Positions 1 through 13,434 of a stretch of DNA of 64,000 nt are shown here, one piece after another (position 1 is the stretch's first letter; every line of letters starts with the position of its first letter). The DNA is from Lama glama (Eukaryota), in the NCBI GenBank assembly GCA_028534125.1, contig CM052816.1, forward strand, positions 68,140,001 through 68,204,000, read 5' to 3'. Both the position numbers and the translations under genes were made by a program. A model generated the notes under the pieces. It did not search any database and had not been told where the DNA came from. It saw only the letters and a program-made list of their open reading frames with translations.

Positions 1-1009
1 CTCAGAGCAGGAGTGCTGAGCCACGTTAATCTTTCTCTGTCTTGCTTACAGCCTCCCTTCTCCTCATCCCACCTCCTGGATGTTGATACATCAAAGAAAC
101 AGCAACAAAATGAAAAGACTAAATAAACATTTTTTGTTAAGTACATATAAGAGGGGATTTTTCTTTTTCATTAAATTTCTGATAACAATATCTTAGGCTT
201 TTTGATGTTACTTTTCATATTTTGGACTAGATGAAAGTGTATGACTCATAGAAATAACCAAGGGAGGAAAAGCAAATGAGTCACCTTGTCCAGCCCATTT
301 GGATCTTCTGGCTGCTATGCTCCTGGGAGCAGCATCTCTTAGGGCCAGCCCAGCCAGTCCTACCTGCTGCCCCTGGAGATGCCTACGAAAGGGGTTTCCT
401 CCCAAGACAGTGAGACTCTTGGAATAGGAGTGAATCAGGAAAAGTGAGAAACATCAGGACCTCAAAGAGTTACCCTGCAACTTTTCCAAAAAAGCATTTT
501 CTGCTATTAACTTAGAGATTTCTTGTCCACATTTCATCACTTTTGACTCCCAAGTATATTCACTGCAGGCTAATAACTCCTTAAGTGCTATGCACACTTC
601 AAAGAGTTGCCATCCATGTACTCTCCTCCCCATTCAAGCAAACTAGAGGTAGAGTCCTGTGTCTTTCCAACACATAAATCTCTGTTCCCTTGATTGCTTT
701 TATTGCTCTATTGGAACCTGTCCAGCATGTATCCTTCTGGTACCAAAGTGTCCTGGTTAAACCCACACTTCTGGATTCAGTCTCCCGGAGCTGGAGGGAG
801 AATTGCTCCATTTCTCAGCCCACTTTGCCTCAGGTCTTTTGAAACTTCCTCCTTTGAGTCATCTAGTGAGTGAATCACATTTAACACTTAAGCTCATTGT
901 CTGTTGCCTTTCAACCTGAGTCTCTCTCAGTGAGCTATTTCTCTGCATTCACTCCTTAGTTTTCTCAGCTCAGACTTTTGTACCTGGGGGGTTTGAACTT
1001 GAATTCCTG

Positions 1010-1140
1010 CAGCCCCAATTATGTAGCTTATGGACTTTTGGCCAAGCTGATCATCCATCTGAGCCACAGTTTCCTCATCCGGGACAAGGGGATAATAATT
1101 CCCATGTCCCAGTGTTGGGCAAAGATTTAGAGCCAGGTAA
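1010..1140 (+). mobile_element. MIR SINE fragment
   Basis: MIR core-like 'ctgagccacagtttcctcatccgggacaaggggataataat'. Confidence 0.65.
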
Positions 1141-1440
1141 GTAGATCCAGAGTTTGCTGGTCCTCTTCAGTGGGCCTCTCTCACCCCACATCATCCAATA
1201 AACTCTTTTTCTCCAGGGACATTCCCCCTGCCCCACCCTACCCCCACTCAAGGTGAATTTTTTTTAAATTTTACATTCATATTTTTTCTCACCAGAGATC
1301 TTTTTTTTCCCTGTTTTCATCAGGGTTGGTGATTCTGCTGTGTCTTTATTCCCTGATACCCAGGGCTGATTCATCTGCAGAATTGCACTGGCCGTTTATT
1401 CCCCTCATCCAAATTAATAATAAAAATTAAAACAAAGTCA

Positions 1441-1610
1441 GAGGGCGAGTATAGCTCAGTGGTAGAGCACGTGCTTAACGTGCACAAGGTCCTGGGTTGA
1501 ATTCTCAGTACCTACATTAAAAAATAAATAAATAAATAAACCCAATCCCCCCCCACCAAATAAAAGTAAATAGCCATTTGTTAAAAAGAAAAAGAAAAGA
1601 AAAGGAAAAA
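1441..1610 (+). mobile_element. tRNA-derived SINE, camelid Vic-1-like
   Basis: tRNA-like head (A box tagctcagtggtagagc, B box-like gggttgaattctc), then (AAAT)n, C-run and A-rich tail; weak TSD ending in gtca. Confidence 0.85.
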
Positions 1611-3044
1611 ATGTCAGTACTTCTATCAGTCTTTTTTACAAATCCACTTAAAACTTTTCTCCACAGAACTTATATAACCAATTTCATGTGAACTGAAAAG
1701 GGTTAGAAAGCCTACCTTTGTGCTCTCAAGTAATTTTACCAGAAATACCAAAATACCCAGAGGTGGTTTTTAAAAATAATACTTTAATCTCTGCTCAGTT
1801 AAAAAAAAATCAAACAAAAAAGATAAAGTTCTCAATATAACGTACTTTCATCCTGTAAGTGTTAATTGGCCTTAGGTATGTTTATGTTTATTTTTTTCCC
1901 ACTTGTCTATGGTGTTAAGAAATATCTTCTTTGCAAATAGTTTGTTCCATTTTAAGTTTGATAATCTATTTCCTTCTTTTTAGAATGACATACAAATTTC
2001 TAACATTCAACTGTTATTTATAGGCAGAGTTCTCCAAAGGAACAAAGCAGTAAAATTTACCCACTACCAACATTCTTTCAATATAGCTTTATTTTCCAAA
2101 TTTCAATTGTGGGACAATTTTAAGTTCAACTAAAAGAACCACAAGGTAGCTATATTGGAATCTCTCTTTTATTTAAGGTGGATTTTTTGTAAATAACCAT
2201 ACCAGATCTACCCTATCTTACCCCTCACCCAAATAGCCAATGATCAACAACCATGAAGTAGATTATATTCCTGTAAACTGTTCTGCTGTCAACCTAAGGA
2301 CCATTCTGTTGCTGGAGGGCTGCTTTTCTGTGAAGGGTTCTTAGTCCATAAAAAGGATATTAAAAATACAAGCTTAGCAAACATTAATCCTAGGAATAAG
2401 TAGAAAAGCAAAGTTTTCACCTTCAACAGAGTTTCTGATAGATTACTATCCCTATTCAGAAAATGAATTATAAGTAAATAAATGACTAGGCTAAAAATGA
2501 AATACCTCCATTCATTCATAATTGGACACTGGCCATTACTTCTGTGGAGAAGAGAGTTTCAGGTTGAGTTGGCTAGCAGTTTTGACCACCATCTAAAGCA
2601 TAATCCGATAATTGCAGACCCAAATCAGTCCACTACAGTCAACTGTTAACATATTAATGACAAGACATAAAACATAGAAAAGATTAAATCATCATGCAGA
2701 CCAGAGAATACAAGTGTAACCCCATTGTGGGGCCAGGAGGGTCAGTGAGTGAAGCAGGCTGGAGGGTAAACTGGAGAGCTGTCCCCTGGCTAATAGGGAA
2801 GCTGCTACTTTGTTCTGACCATTTAATGTCAAATGGAAACACAGGCCTAGAAGATCTGTTAGATTTCTGATTTTTTGAGAGAACTCAAAGATACTGGATT
2901 TTTTTTTTTTAGTGTGAACTCTTTCCATATTCAAAATTTTAAGCTAATTTGGATTTTTAAAGGATTCACTGCAGCCAAAAAGAATCACAACTAGAGGCAT
3001 CATTCAGTTTTCCTGCCACTAATATGTGATATTAATTTAAATCT

Positions 3045-3441
3045 ATGACAGACACAGCCTAGCTGCTCACCAAATCTGTTTCCTCTTCTTTCTAAGCACA
3101 CAGCTAAATTATATTCCCCAGTCTCCTTTGCAGTTAGCCCAAAATAATGTGGGTGGAAGCAATGGCCAGCCCTGCCAGGCTCCATCTTCCACTCCCTCTC
3201 TCCCTCTCTTCTCTGCCAGCCAGATGCAGGGGATCCAGGAGGACCCCAGGGTACCAGAATATGGCAGAACCTCCAGATGTGAGGAGCCCAAATGACCACA
3301 TGGAGGAGAGTGTCCCTCCCTAGTCCTTCCCCTCAAGGAGACTTGCACTGGACAGTGATGAGAGCAAGAAATAGTAATTTTTAAAGCCCCTGAGATACTG
3401 AGTTACTTGTTAACAGTGCTTAGCTGATCTTGATTAATGTA
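3045..3441 (+). mobile_element. MaLR solo LTR, MLT1I/J-like
   Basis: 'tttcctcttctttctaagcacacagctaaattatattccccagtctcctttgcagttag' and MLT1-type 3' end 'aagcccctgagat...gttacttgttaacag'. Confidence 0.7.
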
Positions 3442-4649
3442 GGTTAAGCATTTTTACCTTTTATATGTCAGTAATGTTTGTTAGTCCAATTTGATCTTAA
3501 GCAGTGAAACATCAAAAATAACAAAATAAGTTTTTGTCATGCTGAAGTGGTCGAAAAAGAAATAATACTAAGAGTTTGTCCATTTTTTTTTAAGATTGCA
3601 AATGGGTATATGTTTTGTACACAAACTGTCTTCATTAAGAAGCTTTACTGCTAGGGAAAAAAGCCTTTCCTCCACACAAAGCTCTCTAACAGCAAAGGCA
3701 GGGTGAGTTAGAGATGTCTGCATTCCACAACCATAGCCTCAGGCCCTTTTATCCATCTGATTATCTTTCATATTTATGGTTGACCTTAAATCCTGTCACT
3801 TTTTGAATAGCCTGAGTGGCCATATGTTGAGTAGAAATTATAGTGCTTCCTCTCTTACCCTCCTGCATTTAGTTTTTCTGTCTCCACCTTCATAACTTTT
3901 AGATGCTTATAACTCGTATTTTGAACATTCACCCCAGATAGAACTACTAATGCATTAGAAAATTTTTAACTATTCCTGTTTAAAATCATTTCCGCTTTTG
4001 GAAGCTTGACTAATTTCTAAAACAGTAAGGCATGCATGCATAGCAAATAGGGGAAATACTGCAAAATGCAGTTTTATGACCCCTCTGTTTCATTCTCAGC
4101 ATGGAGAATTCCATTCTCAACAGTGGATATGCCCACTGGAACATAGTAAAACAAAAGAACATAGCAAAGCAGCCTTTGCAATAATGATAGACATTTTTTA
4201 AATGACTTAATATACTGGCCATATACATATATATCTAAATGAAATACTTCCACAATCAGAATAAAATCTGAAACTCGGTAGTGATGTAAAAGTTTGACTC
4301 AGTTTCTACTCTGGAGACTTGAGTTAGACAGTGGGCTGGAAGTGCTGGGGGAGCATTCCTGTAGCGTTTCTATCTCTGAAGAGTGTATCTCTAGGAATAT
4401 GACTTCACTTAATGGTTCTCTGCTCATCATACTGCCTGCCTCCTAATTCAGATTATTCTCTACTTCTTCTAGGGATATGTCCCTCTCCTCAAATAGCTGG
4501 ACATTATCAAAAGTGAGTTGCCTCCTCACTTTTTCAGTGTTAACTCAAAGATGGGCAGAACTAATAACCTAGACCTGGAAAGACTTAATGATAATCAAAA
4601 ACATTGGCAATTATTTCGTGATTCCTAACTAGATTTTGTTTACCATTCC

Positions 4650-4790
4650 AATGAGTAATACTCAGCATGACCTTACAAGGTAGTGCTTCAAAGCAAGCAC
4701 TGTTATTCTTCTTTTTCTGAAGAGAAAATGGAGCCATAGAGAGGTTAAGTAAGTTGCCTGAAGTTGTGTGGCTAGGGGTGGGCAGAGAGC
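4650..4790 (-). mobile_element. MIR fragment
   Basis: 'gaaaatggagccatagagaggttaagtaagttgcctgaagtt' is a reverse MIR core. Confidence 0.65.
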
Positions 4791-4837
4791 TTGTCCTGTG
4801 CCCTCTTTTTCTTCATTGCCTTCAGCTCAAAATAATT

Positions 4838-5337
4838 NNNNNNNNNNNNNNNNNNNNNNNNNNNNNNNNNNNNNNNNNNNNNNNNNNNNNNNNNNNNNNN
4901 NNNNNNNNNNNNNNNNNNNNNNNNNNNNNNNNNNNNNNNNNNNNNNNNNNNNNNNNNNNNNNNNNNNNNNNNNNNNNNNNNNNNNNNNNNNNNNNNNNNN
5001 NNNNNNNNNNNNNNNNNNNNNNNNNNNNNNNNNNNNNNNNNNNNNNNNNNNNNNNNNNNNNNNNNNNNNNNNNNNNNNNNNNNNNNNNNNNNNNNNNNNN
5101 NNNNNNNNNNNNNNNNNNNNNNNNNNNNNNNNNNNNNNNNNNNNNNNNNNNNNNNNNNNNNNNNNNNNNNNNNNNNNNNNNNNNNNNNNNNNNNNNNNNN
5201 NNNNNNNNNNNNNNNNNNNNNNNNNNNNNNNNNNNNNNNNNNNNNNNNNNNNNNNNNNNNNNNNNNNNNNNNNNNNNNNNNNNNNNNNNNNNNNNNNNNN
5301 NNNNNNNNNNNNNNNNNNNNNNNNNNNNNNNNNNNNN
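4838..5337. other. assembly gap (500 N)
   Basis: run of N. Confidence 1.
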
Positions 5338-6945
5338 ATATGCATTAGGTTGAACATTACTTGTGTATATTTTTAGATACAGTGTTCTTTCATTCAATCT
5401 TTTGATAAATTGGACTACACATGTCTTATTTTAATACTCTAAAACCATTTGGAAACATTTTTTTTTACACTTCTAGCCCTGAAAGTCCATTATAATGTCT
5501 TTATAAATATTCCTTGTAACCAAATGAAATTTGTGTTTTGTGTCCTTAATATTAAGTTTAGAACTTAATATATTTGAAAGTGTGATGAAGTAGCTCCATC
5601 TTTCCATTTGTTTGTATGGTCTGAAATCACAGTTCTGCATAGCGGGTGTGTTTTCTCTCTGTCAAACCATAAAGTAATACACTTTTCACAAAATATATGC
5701 TGACAGATAGGAAGAATTGGCTTTTGAAATTCAGCTTGACATATCAAACAAATATCATCCACATCTGAAACACTGTCTCTTGCTGGCAGCCACTCCATAA
5801 CTTCGTCGTGTAAAACATATTTGCAAAACCTGTCTGAAAGTTCTTAAGATGTCAAAAATGTCCAGAAGTTTTAGTATGAAGTAGAGTAAAACCAGCACTA
5901 CCCCAAGACTCCATCTAGTTATATTACCAAACTCCCCATAGCTTATAAAGTAACAAAACCAAACTAGTATGTGAACAAAAGTTCAGTAATACTAACATAA
6001 TTCTTCTGAAAGCACTTAACAGTAACCCTTGGGTTTAAAAGGCATGGTGAAAGACGGCATCTGTAAAATAAGGCATTTCAAGCCCATGAAGAGGAATTCC
6101 AGAATGAAGCCTTTAATTGAGATAATCCAAAGTACTTCCTAGAAGCTTGAATGGTCCAAAGTAGAATTTACAAATATTAAGCTGTGATAAAGTGACTTAG
6201 ACTGAAAGGTGTAACGTAAAAGAACAGAAGATCCTGCTAAGAATACCAGTAACCAAGCACACTGAATCTTGGAGCACCTTTCTCTTAGAAAAACCTGGTT
6301 TACAATGCTTTTGATTGCATATATAGAAGATGTAAACAGCTCAATTCTGAGAGAAATGCCTGTTATATGCTGCATAATAATCAGAATCAAAATATATGGA
6401 AGACTTTTTTTGCAACCACTTGAAGAGATATTGGAATTCTGAGGAGGAGATACTACCATGATCTCCAGACTCTGTGTCAGTATCATCAGGCTGCCTTGCT
6501 TCATTGTAGGAATAACTCCATTGCCTATGTGTGTACCACATCCACGGGTGCAGCTCTGGACACCTGACCTTGAATTTCTGGAGCTTGGATTTTCAGCACA
6601 TTCTTTAGGTATGGAGTTTATCTAGATATGAACATCTCCAGAATAAAGACATGAAGCTTCTCCTGTCAGTCTTGTTTGGACACATCAGAAGGCTGAGGCA
6701 TTCTCACTGCCTGCAGCTCCTGAAGGACTATGCAGTTGGCTACAGTTGGCTTGCATGACCCTTGAATACTTTTTCTGTGATCCAGATTTCTTTGCTTCAG
6801 GGTTCTGTCTCCTCTCATGACGTTGAGTGGACTGAGCCCCGGGCAATGACTGCAGGAACAGCGGGAGATGCTGCCTCGAGGCCTTCAGTCAGGGCCATCA
6901 CCTTCAAACCCCGTGACCTGCAATTCCAGCCCATCTTGGAGGCCT
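5338..6945 (-). pseudogene. RNFT1: processed pseudogene of RNFT1 (RING finger transmembrane E3 ligase); CDS-homologous part 5565-6756
   Basis: Minus-strand translation gives MQANCSQLHSPSGAAGSE..., SEFQYLFKWLQK/SLPYILIL, VNQVFLRERCSKIQCAWLLVFLAGSSVLL and the C-terminal RING DDICLICQAEFQKPILPICQHIFCEKC...KWKDGATSSHFQIY*. It is colinear and has no introns. Stops at 6685-6687, 6622-6624 and 6139-6141, plus frameshifts (e.g. T7 run at 6405-6411). Confidence 0.95.
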
Positions 6946-8199
6946 GAGTAGTTGTCTTTCCAAGGCTGATATTACCTGGTATAAGTAACTGTTGAGCCAA
7001 AGGAAATACAAATTTCAAGTACGTTTCCCCTCCCTCCCCTTCAGTTTGCAGTAAGCAAGGTAGCCATAAATAGGTCCCAGATCCCCAGAGCCCCAGACCT
7101 CCAGGAGCAGCACAGCTCGGATCCCCTGGCTCTTCATCTGCCCATGATGTTGTTGAGAGGCCTGACATCTGTAGACCAGGCTCCTGATTTGCTCTTCTGT
7201 TCCCCTACCTTTGCTCCCCCCTTATCCTCAGGCGTGGACTTGTAGCTGCTACTCCCACCATGGAGATGGTCCATGTGAGGTGGGTGGGGAGGATATGCAC
7301 ATGTTGTCCTTGGGCCAGGAACTAGATGAGTGTTTGCATTCCTCTCATGGACTCTGCATTCTGAGGGTTTAATGAGCTGTTTTGAAAGATACTTGATGAA
7401 GTGATTTTTTTCGTAGATATTTTATTATTTTATGCAAGGGGGAAAAACCTTGGCCCCTGTGGGCATCAAGAGGAACATGCTTCAGATGAGGATGGGAGGG
7501 CCTAGCTGCCTGGGAAGGTATGGAATATCTAAGCCAGTTATGATTCTATCTCCAGTCAACAAGGTGACCCACCATTTCTGTTCTTAGATTACATCTCTGA
7601 TTACTTTGACAATGTCATTTCTCCCTCTGGAATCTTCAGTGACTCTGTGGGCTGATAGAAATATTCCAACTTCCTTAGCCTTTCACCCAATCTTTCCATA
7701 ATTTGAGTCAAAGTTGCTTCTCTAGTGTTCTCTTATAACTCATTTTATAATTTATCATTTATACCTCAGTTCCCTTCAAAAGCAAAAAAACTAACAAAAT
7801 AACTTGTCCTTCCCTGAAAACAGGTTCTCCAGCTAGTTTAGCTACTAATTAATGAGCAGCATGACCCTGGCTAATCATTAACATCTTCAAGTCCCAGCAG
7901 CCTGGCTCGTAAAATCCAGGGGTGAGGCCTGGGCTGATGAATTTGTCACAAGTTTCCCAGGTGAATCTAACACACATCCAAGTTTATGAATGTCTGGACC
8001 TAAAACCTGCTCCAGCTTTGATTTTCCCACATGTTACCCATGGACTGCAATTCTCTGCTCCATGTGTTTACCTAATAAAGGACCTTTTCCTGGAACATTT
8101 CACTTTCCTTCTAATTAGCCCCCGCACACCTGTGTGTACCTGTGCATTTGTGTGCAGGCACTCGCGCACACACACCCCCGCAAATGCCCCCACATCAAG

Positions 8200-8435
8200 G
8201 TCCTTCATGGTAAACTCCCACACCACCTCCTCCAGAAAGTCTTGCCTGAGACTTCTATGCCTTCCTATGCTCTTTCCTCAAACTCCTCTACCACAATCAG
8301 TCTTAGTTTTTAGTGGGTTTTGTTTAACGCACCACTGGTAGACTGTAAACTTCCTGAGCATAAATATTCCTTCCTGTTCATCTTTCCTGTTCCACATTAT
8401 TCAAAGGAGTAGCTCATGAGAGTAGGTTGAAATGA
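8200..8435 (+). mobile_element. L2 3' end fragment
   Basis: 'tagactgtaaacttcctgagc...ttcctgttcatctt' L2 tail motif. Confidence 0.55.
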
Positions 8436-9477
8436 GTTAAACTGACTTGGTATGAATCCATTGAGAGACATCTTGGTGAAGGTGACTTGTTGGAGGGTCT
8501 TGGGAAGATTGCTGACTAGGGTGAAGGTCGTGTGTCTCTCTGACTATCATGAAAACTGTACCAGTCACATTCCATATCTGTCTGTAAGCACATGTGATTG
8601 TGGACTCAAAGTTATAAGAAAAACTACAGCTGTTTTTTGTCAAAATCGGTTGATTTTTGTATCTGTAATCTTGCAGCCAGAGTGGTTGAGTTGATATATT
8701 TAATGACTCCATACAGACGAAAGTCTGTTCTTGAGAAATGAGGAGGGGGAACCATTAATCTTTTCTAGAATAAACAGAGTTGTAATGACTCTTTAATCTG
8801 AAGAGTGGAGATCCTAAGCTGGAACGCAGCACCCAAGGACCCGCCAAATTCCGTGAGGAGTGAGTAGCACCCAGATGATAATTGATTGTGGGATCATTTT
8901 CCCTGTGGTCTCTGAGGGACGTTCACAGTATCCCTAACTTTTAAAGGGGCCTTATCAAAGTAGCTGCCCCAGCTTCTTGAGAAAGAAAAGCTGTCACCAT
9001 CTGAGGCCTTTGGGAGACTTGCTTTTCTAAGCTTGCTTCGAAGCTTTGGGGTACCTACTCGATTAGCATTTTGCTTTGGGTTGCCTTCCCTTGTGTCGTG
9101 TCAATGCCCCTCCCACCCAACCATCTCCTTCTGCAAGAGTTCCTGCTTCTCCCAAAGGCATGGGGGAGAGAGGCTCTGTTCTCTGCTTTCCCAGTACTCA
9201 CTAATTCACTAATCCCTGGAATCTGGCCAATGTCCCCCTCAAGGTCATGAAGGATTGGCTATCTTTGCTGCCAGCCAGACTCAGCAGTCTCTCTCCCAAC
9301 ATCCTACTTGCCTTCTCAAGGGCATGTCAGACTTCTGAATTCCCTTTGCTGCCTTGGCTTCTATTCGCCTCTGCTTCTCTTCTCTTTCTCTGATGCCTCT
9401 TCCTTGCCTGTCACTTAAATGTTGGCATCCTCACACTTCTTTCTTAAGTCAACCTCTCTTCTCCCTCTACATTCCTT

Positions 9478-9916
9478 TATAATTGAAGTATAGTTGATTT
9501 ACAATATTGTGTTAGTTTCAGGTGCACAGCATAATTATTCAGTATTTTTGCAGATTATATTCCATTAAGGTTATTACAAGATAATGGATACAATTCCCTA
9601 TGCTATACAGTAGATCCTTGTTGCTTATCTATTTTATTTATAGTAGTTTATATCTATTAACCCCATACTCCTGATTTATCCCTCCACTCTTACCTCTTCC
9701 CCTTGGTAACCATAAGTTTCTTTTCTCAATCTGTGAGTCTATTTCTATTTTGTATAAACATTCATTTGTATTATTTTTTTAGAGTTCACATAGAATGGAT
9801 ATCATGCAGTGTTTGTCTTTTTCTGACTTATTTCACTAAGCATAATATTCTCTAGGTCCATCCATGTTGCTGCAAATGGCAGTGTTTCATTCTTTTTTAT
9901 GGCTGAGTAATATTCC

Positions 9917-9966
<50 letters not shown>

Positions 9967-10433
9967 CATACATACCACATTGTCTTAAGCCAATCTTCTG
10001 TTGTTGGGCACTGGGGTTGCTTTCATGTCTTGGCTATTGTAAATAGTGCTGCTATGAACATTGGGGTGCATGTATCTTTTCAAATTAGTGTTTTCATTTT
10101 TTATGGATATATATCCAGGAGTGGGATTGCTAGATCATACGGTAATTCTGTTTTTAGTGTTTTTAGGAACCTCCATTCTGTTTTCCATAGTGGCTGCACC
10201 AATTTACATTCCCACCAACAGTGTACAAAGGTACCCTTTTCTCCTCATCCTCACCAATATTTTTTGTAGACTTTTTGATGATAGCCATTCTGACAGGTAT
10301 GAGGTAGTACCTCATTGTAGGTTTGATTTGAATTTCTCTGATAATTAGCAATGTTGAGCATCTTTTTGTGCACCTATTTGCCATCTGTATATCTTCTTTG
10401 GGAAAATATCTATTCAAAATGTTATCTATTTTC
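9478..10433 (-). mobile_element. 5'-truncated L1 (3' UTR plus ORF2 C-terminus) inserted in a degraded L2
   Basis: Starts 'attgaagtatagttgatttacaat'; ORF 10163-10435 contains the L1 ORF2 motif [29 protein letters not shown]. Confidence 0.95.
9919..9963. repeat. (TG)n microsatellite
   Basis: about 22 TG units in the L1 3' UTR. Confidence 0.98.
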
Positions 10434-10904
10434 ACAGAATCTTGATGCCAAGGGTTCCTAAGCCTACAACCCTCTCCCGAGATACAGGCTCATTTTTTAA
10501 ATGCTGTGATAGATAGACATCATTTGGACATTCTATTGGTATTTCACACTCACCTTCTCCAAATCTAATGGATTATCTCTGACCTACCCCCACCCACCCC
10601 TCCTCTTCAAATAGTCTTCAGTGCCTGTTTTCCATTCACCCTGTTTCCTATGGTAGCACCACTTGTACCTTGTACTCTAAATCCTGGAACACGTGTGACT
10701 CTCAACCTCTTTTCCATTCCTTTCAATGACATATTACTCTTTACTAAATTCTTAGAGTTCAGTCCTATAGATTCTTACCTGAATTGTTCCAGTAAGTCTC
10801 TTCTCCTTTCCATATCCACAGCTATCATTCTGGCTCTTGTGATTTTTTTTTTAATCTCACAACAGCCTTGTTACTGGGGATCCTACTTCAAACACTGTTC
10901 AAGT

Positions 10905-11208
10905 TAAAAAAAACCCTGGACACCAAGACTCAGGGAAGCTTCCCTGGTTGACAGCCCTTTACACATGTTGTCACACAAATTTGCTGGGAAAAGAAGTGTG
11001 TCCCTGTGTGACTTCACTGGGAGGGGACATCTGGCAGCTTGTACATCAAGTTTATCCTGGACTTCACCGCATGCATCTTTCCCTATGTTGATTTTAATCT
11101 GTATCCTTTCCCTTTAATAAACCATAACTATGAGCACAACATTTTCTGAGTCTTCTGAGCTCTAGCAAATCATTGAGCCTGAGGGTAGTCTTGGGGATCT
11201 CCATTACA
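10905..11208 (+). mobile_element. ERVL LTR 3' half, MER77/MER68-like
   Basis: 'gattttaatctgtatcctttccctttaataaaccataactatgag...ctgagggtagtcttgggga...aca'. Confidence 0.7.
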
Positions 11209-11242
11209 GCATATCATTCACATACTTCAAAACTTCAATTTT

Positions 11243-12551
11243 TTCCTTTCTTTTTTTTTTTCAGTTTGTGTGTGTGTGTGTGTGTATGGATAGTAAATTT
11301 ACAATGTTGTGTCAATTTCTGGTGTACAGCATAATATTTCAGTCATAGAGGAATATACATATATTCATTTTCATATTCTTTTTAACCATAAGTTACTACA
11401 AGAAACTGAATATAGTTCCCTGTATTATATAGGATGAACTCGTTGTTTATCGATTTTATATATATTAGTTGGTATCTGCAAATATCAAACTCCCAATTTA
11501 TCCCTTCCCACCCCTTCCCCTGTCTCCCCACCCCCGGTAACTGTAAGTTTGTTTTCTATGTCTGTAAGTCTGTTTCTGTTTTATAAATAAGTTCGTTTGT
11601 CTTTTTTTTTTAGGTTCCACATACAAGTGATATCATATGGTATTTTTCTTTCTCTTTCTTGCTTACTTCACTCAGAATGATGATCTCCAGGTCCACCCAT
11701 GTTGCTGCAAATGGCATTATTGTATTATTTTTTATGGCTGAGTAGTATTCCATTATAAATATACCACAACTTCTTTATCCAGTCATCTGTCAATGGACAT
11801 TTAGGTTGTTTCCATGACTTGGCTATTGTAAATAGTGCTGCTATGAACATTGAGGTGCATGTATCTTTTTGAATTAAGGTTCCCTCTGAATATAAGCCCA
11901 GGAGTGGTGTTGCTAGATCGTATGGTAAGTCTATTTTTAATCTTTTGAGGAATCTCCATACTGTTTTCCATAACAGCTACACCAAACTGCATTCCCACCA
12001 GCAGTGTAGGAGGGTTCCCTTTTTTCCACAGCCTCTCCAGCATTTATTGTTTGTGGACTTTTGAATGATGGCCATTCTGACTGGGGCAAGGTGATACCTC
12101 ATTGAAGTTTTGATTTGCATTTCTCTGGTAATTAGCAATATTGAGCATTTTTTTCATGTGCCTATTGGCCATTTGTATGTCTTTAATGGAGAATTGCTTG
12201 TTTAGGTCTTCTGCTCATTTTTGGATTGGGTTGTTTGTTTTTTCTTATTAAGTTGTATGAACTGTTTATATATTCTGGAAATTAAGCCCTTGTCAGTCTC
12301 ATCTTTTGCAAATATTTTCTCATTCTGTAGGTTCTCTTTTTGTTTTGGTTATGGTTTCCTTTGCTGTGCAAAAGCTTATATGTTTAATTAGGTCCCATTT
12401 GGTTATTTTTGCTTTTATTTCTATTGCCTGGCTGGACTGCCTTAGGAGAACATTGCTGAGATTGTCGGATAATGTTTTGCCTGTTTTCTTCTAAGAGGTT
12501 TATAATGTCTTGTCTTATGTTTAAGTCTTTAAGCCAATTTGAGTTTATTTT
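11243..12551 (-). mobile_element. 5'-truncated young L1 with TSD
   Basis: poly-T, L1 3' UTR with C-rich tract, ORF2 tail; 17-bp TSD ttcaaaact(c/t)-type repeat at 11226-11242 and 12552-12568 with one mismatch. Confidence 0.95.
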
Positions 12552-13434
12552 TTCAAAACTTTAATTTTAAGTTATACCTTGCTAATGATGACTTCACTAC
12601 TGGTTACAACCCACCAGCAAATCCTAGCACACTAGTTGTACTTTGCAAAAGGGAGGGAGCACGTCTTTCTCTTCTTTTCATCCCCTGATGATTCCAGGCA
12701 CACAAAGCATCCTTCTCATTTTGACTTTGCCTCCCACGTAAAAAAAGAACTGATGGTAGGGACTTTCAAGAATTCTGGTCCCTGATTTAGGGATGTCTCC
12801 TGATAAATCAGTAAAATGACTTGTGATTATGACTTGGGTTACCATGAAGTTTGTCACAGGGAGCAAATTCTCTGGACCAGGCCAAAGAGAGCTTTCCGGC
12901 CCTAGTGATGGCTATATATTTTATTTAATTTTTTTTTTTACATTCTTGTGTCACATGCAAACTAATGTTTATTTTTATTGGTGTGGATAACTCTAACAGC
13001 CTGATCACCAGGCACTGCTGATAATGAGATTCTGAGTCTTTGAGGGAGTGCTGGACCCTCATATGAAGCCGTCTAATTGAGAGCCTGTAATGTGAGGACA
13101 TGTCTGGCTCCAGTCTAAGCCCTTCCTTAGACCACATCACCACTATTTTCATCTCTATGATGTCTCTCAATTTCTGAATAACTTATGTCTCTTTCAGAAA
13201 TAAGATGTAATCTTGAAACAAGTGAGTTGTGCTAGATGGTTCTGGTTTCCATATTCAGATGACTCTGAAAGAATTATACTTATTTATTTTAAAAAATCTG
13301 GTTTATCCCAGATCTCTACAGCTGGATAAAAAGACAGTATGAGAGTTTTCCCTTGTAACATTGCACCTTACCAATTACTTGCCTGGTACTAGAAAACTGA
13401 TCTTTTTCTAACTAGCAATTCTGTGTCTTCTGGG

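Noticed and set aside
1441..1515. tRNA gene
   Set aside because: The tRNA-like head has no proper acceptor stem and continues into SINE body and A-rich tail; a second diverged copy with TSD is at 21811-21944.
4754..5397. Long ORFs spanning the first gap (likewise 44853-45477)
   Set aside because: Artefacts of translating N runs.
5565..5798. Stand-alone 77-aa RING protein CDS
   Set aside because: It is the frameshifted tail of the RNFT1 pseudogene, with an out-of-frame start and a mutated zinc ligand.
8825..8846. REST/NRSE-like motif cagcacccaaggacccgcc
   Set aside because: Wrong half-site spacing and the right half lacks GGACAG.
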